Assembly (NCBI GenBank): GCA_045863295.1
Contig: BTWA01000001.1
Span: 96,001 to 160,000 of the forward strand
Reading direction: 5' to 3'
DNA length: 64,000 nt
DNA from: Candidatus Hydrogenedentota bacterium
Lineage (GTDB): Bacteria; Hydrogenedentota; Hydrogenedentia; Hydrogenedentales; SLHB01
The notes below the pieces were generated by a model, which saw nothing but the letters and a program-made list of their open reading frames with translations, did not search any database and was not told where the DNA came from. A program made the position numbers and the translations under genes. Shown here piece by piece: positions 44,907 to 54,790 of this stretch (its first letter is position 1; each line of letters starts with the position of its first letter).

Positions 44907-47198
44907 ATGCTTTCTTGGCGCCGAGACAAAGATAAAGACAAGGACAAAGCCCCGGCGGTACCCGCTCCACCGGAGCCGCCGCCCCAGGCGTTCGCGCGTC
45001 CTCGAACTGGCACGCGCCCCAACCGGGGACGCTTGGGCGAAGTCCTTGTAGACGAAGGAGTTATCTCCCAGGCTCAACTCGACGATGCCCTTCGCCGCCA
45101 AAAGGAAACAGGCGGCTTCATTGGCAAAGTCCTGGTCGACGCCGGATTCATTGACCAACGCACCCTAATCGCATTTCTTGTCAAGCAATGCAAGATTCCC
45201 CATATCAGCCTGCTGGACTATGAAATCAACTCGAAATTGTTTGAGCTCGTCCCAAAAGAGTTGTGCTCGAAGCACCACCTACTGCCGATCGACAAATTGG
45301 GAAAGATTCTGACTCTGGCGATGGTTGACCCGCTGGATGTTGACGCCTTGGAACAGGTCCGGTCTACGTGCCCCGACCTGAAGATCAAACCAATCTTGTG
45401 CGATTGGTCGCATTTTGAGTCGCTATCAAAGCGATTGTTGGAAGAGGGACCGGCGCAGAGTGCGCAAGAGTGGTCCAGCCCAGCCTACACGCTCCCGTCC
45501 AAACCGGTCGCCAAGGCCGTCCCCGCGCCCGACAAGTCCGCTTCCGCGTCGCCGCCCGTCCCCGAGAAGAAGCCAGATGCGGAGGAGGGACACCTCGATC
45601 CCTCGGTCATCGACCAGTTGGTAAAAGCCGCACAGGTAGAGGCAACGAAAACCGACGCTCACGCACCTGCGGAAATGCCACCCAAACCGGTGAAATTACC
45701 AGACATGGCTGCCGGTACGAACGTGGACGCCGTAGCACGCCGTTTAGAAGCCGGTATCGAAAGCCGTATAGCTGCGGCTATCGAATCGGCTTTGAGCAGG
45801 CAAGCGGCCACTGCCGAGCCCAATCCCGTTCCTGTGGCGAGCGACACACTGGAACTCGAGGAACGGATTTCAATTGCGGTGGCGTCTGCCATGGCCCAGC
45901 ACGCTCAGGTAGCCGCAGTTTCTCAAGAAGCGCTAAGCCGCATTGAGAAAACGCTCCAAGAACAAGCCGGGCTCCATGCGTCCGCGATTGTTTCCACAGC
46001 GACAGACGAGTCGTCCCGCGAAAACTTGTTGTTGCAGCTGGAACACCGGCTCCGCGACCACCTTGACCAGACCGTCTCCGAAGCACTCGAGCGACATGCC
46101 CACTTGGCCGCCGAGCATCAGGAGGCTCAAGATCGCTTTGAACACCAGCTGAAGTCACATCTGGAAACTGCGGTTACCGAGGCCGTTGAGCGTCAAGTGC
46201 AGTCGACGCTCGAACGTGAGGAGACGCTGCTACAAACGGCGGCTCAGCGGGCCGCCGATGCCGCCGCAGCGGTTGAAAAAGCTCTGGAGGAGATCAAGGC
46301 GCTCGAAAAGCCCGCGGAACCGGAATACGACAATGTCATGGCGTTTCCCGTTAGCCAGCCCACCCCGCTCGAACTTCATCTGGATGGCGGTGTACCGGAA
46401 CCGGTGCTGGATACGCCAGGCATGTCTATTGCCGCCGAAGGCCTTTCCGTCCATTTTCCGGACCTACCCAAGTTAAAGACGCGCCTGACCTTCAAGCGTT
46501 TTCTGTGCGATAGTCATAACCATTTTGCATGGACATTGGCCCAAGCCGTCGCCGATAACCCTGGCAACGCATTCAATCCACTTTACCTGCACGGTGGTCC
46601 CGGCTTGGGGAAGAGTCACCTCCTGAATTCCGTGGGCCTCCGCCTGGCGGGACGAAACGATGCTTCTCGTATCGTGGCTTTGACAGGGAACCGGTTTTTG
46701 CAGGGTTATCGTAAGGCTTTACAAGATAACAGCTTAGAGAGTTTTCGCCACCTGCTGATGCAATGCGAGATGGTCTTGTTTGACGATCTCCAAGCCTTGG
46801 CAAATCATCATGAGGCCCAAGAAGAACTGATCGACTTTCTCAATGCCATGGAGTCCAGTTCCCGGCAGTTGGTGCTTGCTGGGGATAAGCGGCCCGACCA
46901 TATGGCCGGCTTCGATCCCCGTATAATATCGCGACTGAGCGGCGGAGTGACGGTGCGGCTGCAAGCTCCCGATTTGGAGACGCGGATGGGCCTCCTGCAA
47001 CGGCAAGCGCGCGAAGAGAAAACGTTGGTCCCGGAAGAGACGATAGCCCTTATTGCCGACCGGATCCCCTCCGACATACGGGCGATGATGGGTGCATTGA
47101 GAAAACTCACCGCGTATGCGAAACTGATGAAGCAGGAACTCACCGCCGATACGGCCGTTGAGTGGCTCCGCCGTTTGGGCGTAGTGGACGCGGCCTGA
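44907..47198 (+). CDS. MshEN/T2SSE-N domain fused to a DnaA-type AAA+ domain (no DnaA domain IV)
   Basis: RLGEVLVDEGVISQAQLDDALRRQ and LTLAMVDPLD at the N-terminus; TFKRF...FNPLYLHGGPGLGKSHLL, LFDDLQ, QEE, RIISRL, PDLETR and DIRAMMGAL at the C-terminus. Confidence 0.9.
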   Translation: MLSWRRDKDKDKDKAPAVPAPPEPPPQAFARPRTGTRPNRGRLGEVLVDEGVISQAQLDDALRRQKETGGFIGKVLVDAGFIDQRTLIAFLVKQCKIPHISLLDYEINSKLFELVPKELCSKHHLLPIDKLGKILTLAMVDPLDVDALEQVRSTCPDLKIKPILCDWSHFESLSKRLLEEGPAQSAQEWSSPAYTLPSKPVAKAVPAPDKSASASPPVPEKKPDAEEGHLDPSVIDQLVKAAQVEATKTDAHAPAEMPPKPVKLPDMAAGTNVDAVARRLEAGIESRIAAAIESALSRQAATAEPNPVPVASDTLELEERISIAVASAMAQHAQVAAVSQEALSRIEKTLQEQAGLHASAIVSTATDESSRENLLLQLEHRLRDHLDQTVSEALERHAHLAAEHQEAQDRFEHQLKSHLETAVTEAVERQVQSTLEREETLLQTAAQRAADAAAAVEKALEEIKALEKPAEPEYDNVMAFPVSQPTPLELHLDGGVPEPVLDTPGMSIAAEGLSVHFPDLPKLKTRLTFKRFLCDSHNHFAWTLAQAVADNPGNAFNPLYLHGGPGLGKSHLLNSVGLRLAGRNDASRIVALTGNRFLQGYRKALQDNSLESFRHLLMQCEMVLFDDLQALANHHEAQEELIDFLNAMESSSRQLVLAGDKRPDHMAGFDPRIISRLSGGVTVRLQAPDLETRMGLLQRQAREEKTLVPEETIALIADRIPSDIRAMMGALRKLTAYAKLMKQELTADTAVEWLRRLGVVDAA

Positions 47199-47312
47199 CG
47201 CCGAATCAGAGTGCGTTGGGTCCACCCCGGACGGGCTTCGTAGCAGCCAGAGAGTCCCGCCTCGGTTGAACGAGCCGGCATGGCGTAGTATGCCAAACAA
47301 AGGAGGCGGAAC

Positions 47313-49034
47313 GTGCCCCCAAAAATTGCCAAACGCCGCTTAGGCGACGTACTCCTCGAACAAAACCTAATCACCCGGGAACAACTGGACGAGTGCCTGA
47401 ATGTTCAACGGCAAACGGGCCAGAGCCTTGCCCACGTGCTTCTCACCAAGAAGTATTTGAGCGAGGAAGATCTAGTCATCACGCTCAGCGAACAGCTTGG
47501 AATTCCCCACATCCGCGTTGCGAACTACAACATTCACGAGGAAGTCCTGAAGGAAGTGCCCGAGACGCTCGCGCGTCAATACCTGATGCTTCCGGTCTCC
47601 GTGACCGGGGATGTCCTGACGCTGGCCATGGCCGATCCGCTGAACATCATGGCGCTCGATGATCTCCGAATGTTGACCAGTTACGAGATTGAGCCGGTGG
47701 TGGCCGTGGAATCCGAGTTGATGGAGGCCATTAACAAACACTATGGCGGCAACAAATCGGCCGAATTGTACAACGAATTAGTAACGGACGATCGCCAGGA
47801 CAGCCTCGAAGTACTGGAAGAGAAAGACACGATTGAAGATATTGCCTCCAACGAAGCGGAAGCCCAGGACGCGCCAATTGTCCGGCTTGCAAATCTAATA
47901 CTCGTGAATGCGCTTGAGGCGAGGGCAAGCGATATCCACATTGAACCGTTTGAAAAAGTATTGCGTGTCCGGTATCGCATCGATGGCATGCTTGAAGAGA
48001 CGAAAAGCCCGCCCAAGTCCATGCAAGCGGCGCTTATTTCCCGCCTGAAAATCATGTCGAATCTCGATATTGCCGAACACCGCTTGCCGCAGGACGGGCG
48101 ATTCAGAATCAAGTACCGTGCAAAGGAAGTCGACTTCCGCGTATCAATTCTACCCTGTTACTATGGCGAAAAAGTTGTGATGCGCGTGCTCGACAAGAGC
48201 AGCCTGACACTCGATTTGGATGGACTGGGTTTTGAGCAGCAGCCGATGGATGCGTTTCGCGACGCACTTCAACGGCCTTACGGCATGATTCTAGTTACCG
48301 GTCCCACGGGCAGCGGCAAAACGACCACGCTCTATAGCGCCCTGCATAAATTGAACGATCCCGACACCAATGTCGTGACGGTTGAGGACCCCGTTGAATA
48401 CGAACTTTTCGGCATCAATCAGGTGCAATGCAAGCCAGAAATCGGCCTAACCTTTGCCGCTTCCCTACGAAGCATTCTCCGCCAGGATCCGGATATTGTC
48501 ATGGTCGGTGAAATCCGCGACGAAGAAACGGCGGATATCGCGATTAAGGCAGCTCTGACGGGGCACCTTGTGCTGAGCACGTTGCATACGAACGATGCGG
48601 CCAGCGTGTTTACCCGTCTGGTTGACATGGGCATGGAGCCCTTCCTCGTGCAGTCGTCAGTGGTACTGGCGTCCGCGCAGCGGCTTATGCGGCGCATTTG
48701 CCCGGAATGCAAAGAACAGATTCGCGTACCGGACGAAGTTCTGGAACGGATTCAATTCAAGCCTGAGGCGGGATCGCCCACGCCAACGTGGGTGCGCGGC
48801 CGAGGCTGCAGCAAATGTAAGAATACCGGCTACCGGGGCCGTCTGGCGGTGCTTGAAGCCATGCCGGATTACCTTGAGTTGCAGGAATACATTATGAAGC
48901 GCGCGCCATCGTCCGAAATCAAACGGATTGCCATGGAGTGCGGCATGCGTTCGCTGCGTCAAAATGCCTTGACCAAAGCCGCGAACGGCCACACTACCAT
49001 TGAAGAAGTACTGCGAATTTCCGCCGCGGACTGA
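47313..49034 (+). CDS. pilB: Type IV pilus assembly ATPase
   Basis: N-terminal MshEN; ASDIHIEP, RLPQDGR, GPTGSGKTT, LRQDPD, TGHLVLSTLH and CPEC/CSKC zinc motif; AAGGAGG RBS before GTG. Confidence 0.95.
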   Translation: MPPKIAKRRLGDVLLEQNLITREQLDECLNVQRQTGQSLAHVLLTKKYLSEEDLVITLSEQLGIPHIRVANYNIHEEVLKEVPETLARQYLMLPVSVTGDVLTLAMADPLNIMALDDLRMLTSYEIEPVVAVESELMEAINKHYGGNKSAELYNELVTDDRQDSLEVLEEKDTIEDIASNEAEAQDAPIVRLANLILVNALEARASDIHIEPFEKVLRVRYRIDGMLEETKSPPKSMQAALISRLKIMSNLDIAEHRLPQDGRFRIKYRAKEVDFRVSILPCYYGEKVVMRVLDKSSLTLDLDGLGFEQQPMDAFRDALQRPYGMILVTGPTGSGKTTTLYSALHKLNDPDTNVVTVEDPVEYELFGINQVQCKPEIGLTFAASLRSILRQDPDIVMVGEIRDEETADIAIKAALTGHLVLSTLHTNDAASVFTRLVDMGMEPFLVQSSVVLASAQRLMRRICPECKEQIRVPDEVLERIQFKPEAGSPTPTWVRGRGCSKCKNTGYRGRLAVLEAMPDYLELQEYIMKRAPSSEIKRIAMECGMRSLRQNALTKAANGHTTIEEVLRISAAD

Positions 49035-49107
49035 TGCCGGTTACTGTGTAATGTCCTAGTCACGATCGGGTGCGAAGGGTTGCGTCACTATTGCGAGGTA
49101 GGGGTGA

Positions 49108-50181
49108 ATGGCCGACATCAGCATGAAAGAACTCCTGGTCCAGATGATCGAGTTGGGGTCCAGCGACCTGCATATTGTCGTTGGATCTCCGCCGATAGTC
49201 CGCGTCAACGGATCGTTGGAGCCGCTCCCCGGGTATCCCCGCCTTCGGCCTGACGATACGCAGGAAGTAATCTACAGCGTAATGAACGAGGATCAGGTGG
49301 CGACCTTCGAAGCCACGCGCGAATGTGACATGTCTTTCGGTTTGGATGGACTGAGCCGATTCCGCCTAAATGTTTACCGCGACCGCGGGTCGGTTGTCGG
49401 GGCATTTCGTTCCATTCCGTTTGAGATTCGGACCTTTGAAGAACTGGGATTGCCTCGCGTCGTCGCCGATTTCGCGCACCGTCCATTGGGATTGATACTC
49501 GTGTGCGGACCCACCGGCAGCGGTAAATCGACAACGCTGGCGGCCATCATCGACCGCATCAACACAGAGCGGCCAGTACACATCATCACGGTCGAGGATC
49601 CGATCGAGTACCTGCACAACCACAAGACGGCGACCATCAACCAGCGAGAGGTGAACGCGGACACCAATTCGTTCGCGGCCGCACTGAAACACGTGTTGCG
49701 GCAGGATCCCGACGTGATTCTGATCGGTGAAATGCGCGACCCGGAGACCATCTCCGCGGCGCTGACCGTTGCGGAAACCGGCCACTTGGTGTTCGCCACG
49801 TTGCATACGAATGATGCGGTGCAGACCATTAACCGCATTGTGGACGTGTTTCCTTCCAATCAGCAGGCCCAGATCCGCACGCAGTTGTCATTCGTGCTGG
49901 AAGGCGTGTGCGTGCAACAGTTGATTCCGCGAGCAGACGGCATGGGCCGCGCGCTCGCCATGGAAATCATGTTGCCGAACACCGCCATACGTTCGTTGAT
50001 TCGCGAAGAAAAACTGCAGCAAATTCCGTCCATGATTGAAATTGGCGCGGGCGACGGCATGATGACCATGAACCAATCGCTGTATCGCCTGATCCGGCGC
50101 GGCGTCATCTCGCTCGACATCGCATTCAAGCGGACGATGGATCCGGAAGGGCTGCAGCGGCTCCTCGACAAAGGGAATTGA
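49108..50181 (+). CDS. pilT: Type IV pilus retraction ATPase
   Basis: SDLHI, GPTGSGKST, NQREV, AETGHLVFATLH, AIRSLIRE and GMMTM. Confidence 0.96.
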   Translation: MADISMKELLVQMIELGSSDLHIVVGSPPIVRVNGSLEPLPGYPRLRPDDTQEVIYSVMNEDQVATFEATRECDMSFGLDGLSRFRLNVYRDRGSVVGAFRSIPFEIRTFEELGLPRVVADFAHRPLGLILVCGPTGSGKSTTLAAIIDRINTERPVHIITVEDPIEYLHNHKTATINQREVNADTNSFAAALKHVLRQDPDVILIGEMRDPETISAALTVAETGHLVFATLHTNDAVQTINRIVDVFPSNQQAQIRTQLSFVLEGVCVQQLIPRADGMGRALAMEIMLPNTAIRSLIREEKLQQIPSMIEIGAGDGMMTMNQSLYRLIRRGVISLDIAFKRTMDPEGLQRLLDKGN

Positions 50182-50188
50182 CGCCTCT

Positions 50189-51811
50189 GTGATACGCACA
50201 ACCCGCACTGAGCCACTCCGGCCTTCCCTGGAAGAATCGGCGGCGTGGCTGTGGGTTGTGGGCGTAATCCGCTTGGTGCTCATCGCCATCATCGCCTTGG
50301 GCGCCTACCTCGTGGGTGGCTTCACGCCCGGTGCGACCCCCTACCTGCTTGGCTTCTATGGCTTCGGCATTGCTGCCGGTGCCTGGTCCATTTATTCCAT
50401 CCGAAAAACGCACGCGTACTCGGATCTTCAAACAGTAGCGCAGATGCTGGTGGACTTTGGAGTGGTCGCCGCAACCGTTAGCTTCACCGGCGGATCCGAA
50501 AGCTTTTTTTCATTTCTATTTGTGGTGGTAATCCTGGAGTCCGGCGTACTGCTGGGGCTGGCCCAGGGATTCGCCATTGCAACGCTCGCCATGGGCATCA
50601 TGGGTGTGCACGTGATGACAGCAACGCCGCCGGATGAGTTGCCGGGGGCGCCCGCAGCGTTTGTCAATTCGGCGACGCTCTGGTACGACTTCTTTGTGCA
50701 AACGCTTGCCTATTACCTGACCGCATCGATCAGTGGGTACTGGAACCAACAGGTCCGCCGGTTGCAACAATTTCAGCGCGAAATTCTGGACAACATGAAC
50801 AACGGATTTCTCATCGCCGACAACAGCGGCAACGTGGTGGTCCTCAACAAGGCCGCGGCCCGGATTCTTGAATGCAGCGAACAGGAAGCCCTGGGAAAAC
50901 CCGTTCAAAGCATCTTGCGCGATGCATCCGGCGGAGAGTGCCCCGTGGTGACCGCCCTTCGATCCAACCGAGATTTCACCCGATACGAATTTAACCTGAT
51001 TGCGCCTTCGACGGCCATCAAGATACTGGGGTTAAGCACCAGCCGGATGTTGGATTGGCGAGGCCGCGCGACGGGCATCATTGTCATCTTCATGGACCTC
51101 ACTGAATTGAACCAGATGCGCGAAGATCTAAAACGCCAGGATCGGTTGGCGGTCGTGGGCGAACTGGCGGCAGGACTCGCGCATGAAATCCGCAACCCGG
51201 TGGCCGCGATACGCGGAGCAGTCGACGAATTGCAGGACAATCTGCAGAACACGGCCATCGCGGAGAAGCTTGCACGGCTGGGTCTGCGCGAATGCGATCA
51301 TTTAAACAAGATCGTGACCGACTTTCTTGAGTTCGCGCGCGAACCCAAATTGCGCCGCGACGTATTCGACGTGCGATCGCTCGCGCAAGAAACCGTGGAC
51401 TCGTTGATGCGTCTGGACAATGACGATGAAGCATTTAAGGTGGCAACCACCTTTCCAAAATCACCCTGCTACGTATCCGGCGACGCGGCTCAAATCAAGC
51501 AAGTGTTCCTGAATCTGGGAAAGAACGCAGTAGAGGCCATGGGCGGTAAAGGCCAGTTGACCGTCGTTGTCGTGCGTGACACGGTTTCAATCGAAACTCG
51601 TTTTGAAGACACGGGCCCCGGCATCGATCCGGACAAGGTTGCGCGCATTTTTGAGCCTTTCTATACTACAAAAGCATCCGGTGTGGGCATGGGGCTTGCC
51701 ATTTGCCACCGCATCGTTACAGCCCATGACGGAACCATTCGCGCCACGTCGCGCGAAGGCGGGGGGACCACCCTGAGCGTCCGCCTGCCCGCAACCCGGA
51801 TCGAGGAGTGA
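50189..51811 (+). CDS. pilS: PilS-type sensor histidine kinase (about 6 TM, PAS, HisKA, HATPase)
   Basis: TGGSESFFSFLF membrane motif, LAHEIRNP, QVFLNLGKNA and GVGMGL; located between pilT and a sigma54 response regulator. Confidence 0.82.
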   Translation: MIRTTRTEPLRPSLEESAAWLWVVGVIRLVLIAIIALGAYLVGGFTPGATPYLLGFYGFGIAAGAWSIYSIRKTHAYSDLQTVAQMLVDFGVVAATVSFTGGSESFFSFLFVVVILESGVLLGLAQGFAIATLAMGIMGVHVMTATPPDELPGAPAAFVNSATLWYDFFVQTLAYYLTASISGYWNQQVRRLQQFQREILDNMNNGFLIADNSGNVVVLNKAAARILECSEQEALGKPVQSILRDASGGECPVVTALRSNRDFTRYEFNLIAPSTAIKILGLSTSRMLDWRGRATGIIVIFMDLTELNQMREDLKRQDRLAVVGELAAGLAHEIRNPVAAIRGAVDELQDNLQNTAIAEKLARLGLRECDHLNKIVTDFLEFAREPKLRRDVFDVRSLAQETVDSLMRLDNDDEAFKVATTFPKSPCYVSGDAAQIKQVFLNLGKNAVEAMGGKGQLTVVVVRDTVSIETRFEDTGPGIDPDKVARIFEPFYTTKASGVGMGLAICHRIVTAHDGTIRATSREGGGTTLSVRLPATRIEE

Positions 51812-51817
51812 GTCCAA

Positions 51818-53209
51818 TTGGGCGCGAAACACCGCGTGCTTGTAGTTGACGACGAAGCCGGCGTGCGCGAACTGCTGGAAATTGTGCTGTCCAATGCAGG
51901 TTACGACGTGGTTGTGCTCGATAGTGTCGTGCCGGCGCGTGAACGGTTGGAGAAAGAAGCCTTCGATCTGGCCATTACCGATTTGCGGATGGGCAGTGAA
52001 CGCGACGCTGGCATGCAATTCCTGTCGTGGCTGCAAGAACATGCCCCCATGACCCCCGCCATCATGATGACTGCTTACGGATCGGTCGAGACCGCCATTG
52101 AAGCCATGAAACGGGGCGCCGCCGATTACATCATGAAACCGTTCAAAAACGACGAAGTCCGGCTCGTCGTGCAGCGCGCCATCGAGCAGCGCAACCTCCG
52201 GCGCGAAAATCAGGCGCATCGGCGTGAACAGGCCGCCCGCGGCGACATCAGTAACATTATCGGCACCAGCAAAGCCATTGAAGAAGTGCGCGACATGATT
52301 CGCCGCGTGGCCAAATTGCCGAGCACTGTGGCCATCCACGGTGAAAGCGGTACGGGCAAAGAACTGGTAGCGCGCGGAATCCACCAGCTTAGCGATCGCG
52401 CCACGAAACCGTTTGTCGCCATCAACTGCGGCGGTTTTCCAGAGACCCTCCTCGAGAGCGAGTTGTTTGGACATCGCAAAGGCTCGTTTACCGGCGCAGT
52501 GGATGACAAGGAGGGGTTGTTCGTTGTGGCCGACGGCGGCACGCTGTTTCTGGACGAAGTAGGCGAGATGCCGCTCTCGCTCCAAGTGAAGCTATTGCGC
52601 GTGTTGGACAATAACACCGTGTTGCCCGTGGGCAGCACAACGCCGATCCACGTGGACGTGCGCATCATTTCGGCGACCAACCGGAACCTGGAGAAGATGG
52701 CCCAGGAAGGCACGTTTCGTGAAGACCTGTTCTACCGTTTGAACGTCATTCCAATCACCGTTCCGCCATTGCGCGAACGTTCAGACGACATACCACTCCT
52801 GGCGCGCACTTTTGTGGAGCGTCACGCCCGAAAAATGTCCCGTGCCGCCGTTGAGCTTTCGCCTGAGGCCGAATCGGCCTTGCAGCAGTACAACTGGCCG
52901 GGCAATGTGCGCGAATTGATGAACGTACTCGAACGCGCGGTGGCGCTGTGCCGGGACAGCCGAGTGGACGCCGTGGATTTGCCGAAGAATATTCAGACCT
53001 ATCTGGCACCCACGGAAGCGGCCAAGACAAAGCTGCCGGACGTGGGGTTCGATCTTGAAGCCCATATCTCGGACATCGAAATCAATTTTATCGAACAAGC
53101 ACTGCGGAACGCCAAGTATTCGCAAAAGCGCGCCGCGGAATTGCTTGGACTCACGTCGCGATCGCTGCGATACCGACTGAAGAAATACGGCCTGAGCGAC
53201 GAAGATTAA
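51818..53209 (+). CDS. pilR: PilR-type sigma54-dependent response regulator (REC, AAA+, Fis HTH)
   Basis: [33 protein letters not shown] and RSLRYRLKKYG. Confidence 0.85.
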   Translation: MGAKHRVLVVDDEAGVRELLEIVLSNAGYDVVVLDSVVPARERLEKEAFDLAITDLRMGSERDAGMQFLSWLQEHAPMTPAIMMTAYGSVETAIEAMKRGAADYIMKPFKNDEVRLVVQRAIEQRNLRRENQAHRREQAARGDISNIIGTSKAIEEVRDMIRRVAKLPSTVAIHGESGTGKELVARGIHQLSDRATKPFVAINCGGFPETLLESELFGHRKGSFTGAVDDKEGLFVVADGGTLFLDEVGEMPLSLQVKLLRVLDNNTVLPVGSTTPIHVDVRIISATNRNLEKMAQEGTFREDLFYRLNVIPITVPPLRERSDDIPLLARTFVERHARKMSRAAVELSPEAESALQQYNWPGNVRELMNVLERAVALCRDSRVDAVDLPKNIQTYLAPTEAAKTKLPDVGFDLEAHISDIEINFIEQALRNAKYSQKRAAELLGLTSRSLRYRLKKYGLSDED

Positions 53210-53213
53210 CCAC

Positions 53214-54524
53214 TTACGCCAGATAGTTCAGCAAGGCGTTCGCCACGCGCCCGTTGCGGCCGTCCTCGTAGTAGAACTTGGCAGTTTGTGTCAGCCGGTT
53301 GCCGCCGGAAGTCTTCTCGTTGATGTTGGTGTACCCCAAGTCAATGGTGGATACGCCTGCATCCTTCAGAGAGATGAGTTCGCCTTCTTCCGTGCTGCCG
53401 TCGCCATCGTCGCGCCATAGCCGCAAGTCGCCGTATTTCTCGTCGTTCCGATCGATGCGGCCATCGTTGTTGCTATCCAGTTTTCGCAACTCTTCAAATC
53501 CATGCGCCGCGCCACGCTGATCGCCGAACAGTTCCGTGCCGTCATCGATTGTCCCGTTGCCGTTCCGGTCAAGCGCGAGAAAAGCGTCGCCGCCGTTCAC
53601 AAAGCCGGTTCTAACCGCCGCGCCGCTCCCCAACAGATCGAAATTTGCGCCGTTCCTGTAATTCGTGAGCTCAATACCGTCACCGTCCAAATCGAACACA
53701 ATGGGATCGGATTCCTGCACTTTTCCCTGTGTCACTTCGACGGAAGTAAATTCAAACTCCAATTGAATCTGAAATCCGGCCGCCTGAACCGTTGTGCCGC
53801 CTCCGTTTGCCGCTGGCGAAGCAAATAGCGGATTGTCCAGCAGGCCGCCCTCCTGCAAGCCTTTCAACAAGTTGTTGAAGCGCGTTTCAAAATCGCCTTC
53901 GCCTTTGAAGAAACCATCCAGCAACTCCAATAACTTATTGAGTACTTCGTCGGCCTTGCTCAGTGCATCATCAGCGAAAGCGAGAAACGAATCGAATGCC
54001 TCATCGGCATTCACCGATTGCTCCGCGCCCGTCGCGAACCCGTTCAGGGCTGCGCCCGATATCGAGACAGACAGCGAGAATCGTTGAGCCGTCAAACGGC
54101 CTGCTTCCACCAAACGGTTTCCACGCGCACCGTCCAGATTTTCCGCCGCATTCTGTATGCGTTGAGAAAACCTGGCAACTTCAATCTCGCGCGATTCAGC
54201 GTAGAATTCGAAGGTAAGCTGGTTGGCCGAGGCCGCGCTCGATGCGGCCCCCTCGTCTCCCGAGGATGCAGCCTGCTTGGAATTGTAGGAGAACGAGAGC
54301 TTTTCCACCAACGATCGGTAGACGAAGCCTTCGAACTGTTCCGCGATTTCACCGGCTTGATCCGGCCCGAACGAATCCGACGGTTCGGACGCAGACCCGG
54401 ATGCTGGCGTGGTGCTTCCCTTCGATTGGGTCAGCAGGTTGGTCAAGGCCCGAGCCGATCGGTTGAACAACGATTCCACCGATGCGCCAAGCGGAGACAA
54501 TACGCCTCCCGTAGAACTCCCCAT
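53214..54524 (-). CDS. Hypothetical protein with a C-terminal calcium-binding DxDGDG/EF-hand-like domain
   Basis: DPIVFDLDGDGIE, LALDRNGNGTIDDGTELFG, LDSNNDGRID and LWRDDGDG; GGAGG RBS; no signal peptide. Confidence 0.78.
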   Translation of the reverse strand: MGSSTGGVLSPLGASVESLFNRSARALTNLLTQSKGSTTPASGSASEPSDSFGPDQAGEIAEQFEGFVYRSLVEKLSFSYNSKQAASSGDEGAASSAASANQLTFEFYAESREIEVARFSQRIQNAAENLDGARGNRLVEAGRLTAQRFSLSVSISGAALNGFATGAEQSVNADEAFDSFLAFADDALSKADEVLNKLLELLDGFFKGEGDFETRFNNLLKGLQEGGLLDNPLFASPAANGGGTTVQAAGFQIQLEFEFTSVEVTQGKVQESDPIVFDLDGDGIELTNYRNGANFDLLGSGAAVRTGFVNGGDAFLALDRNGNGTIDDGTELFGDQRGAAHGFEELRKLDSNNDGRIDRNDEKYGDLRLWRDDGDGSTEEGELISLKDAGVSTIDLGYTNINEKTSGGNRLTQTAKFYYEDGRNGRVANALLNYLA

Positions 54525-54585
54525 GGTTCACCTCCAGTGGGTCAAGTCCCCTCGTAAAAAAGTCGAATCTGAATGCCCGTTCCGT

Positions 54586-54614
54586 CTATCGGCACAAGGC
54601 TGGAAAAGCTTTAG
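54586..54614 (-). promoter_or_regulatory. Candidate sigma28 (FliA/SigD) promoter
   Basis: Minus-strand CTAAA-N16-GCCGATAG, about 60 nt upstream of ATG 54524. Confidence 0.55.
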
Positions 54615-54790
54615 CCCCGACGCTGCCCGTACACCCTGCCCAACACGTTTACCCAACCCAGGGAGGCGGGCTCTGCCATAGGAGAGACCAAAGGGCGGTA
54701 CTCGCGAAAGCCCGGGTGGATGCGATGCGGCGGCTGGTCTATGGAAGGCGTAATCCGTTATAATCCCCGATCTTTGTCAGAACGGAAACC

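Noticed and set aside
44907..47198. Calling this gene the chromosomal dnaA with an adjacent oriC
   Set aside because: It lacks domains I and IV, has no dnaN/recF/gyrB context, and there is no DnaA-box cluster nearby.
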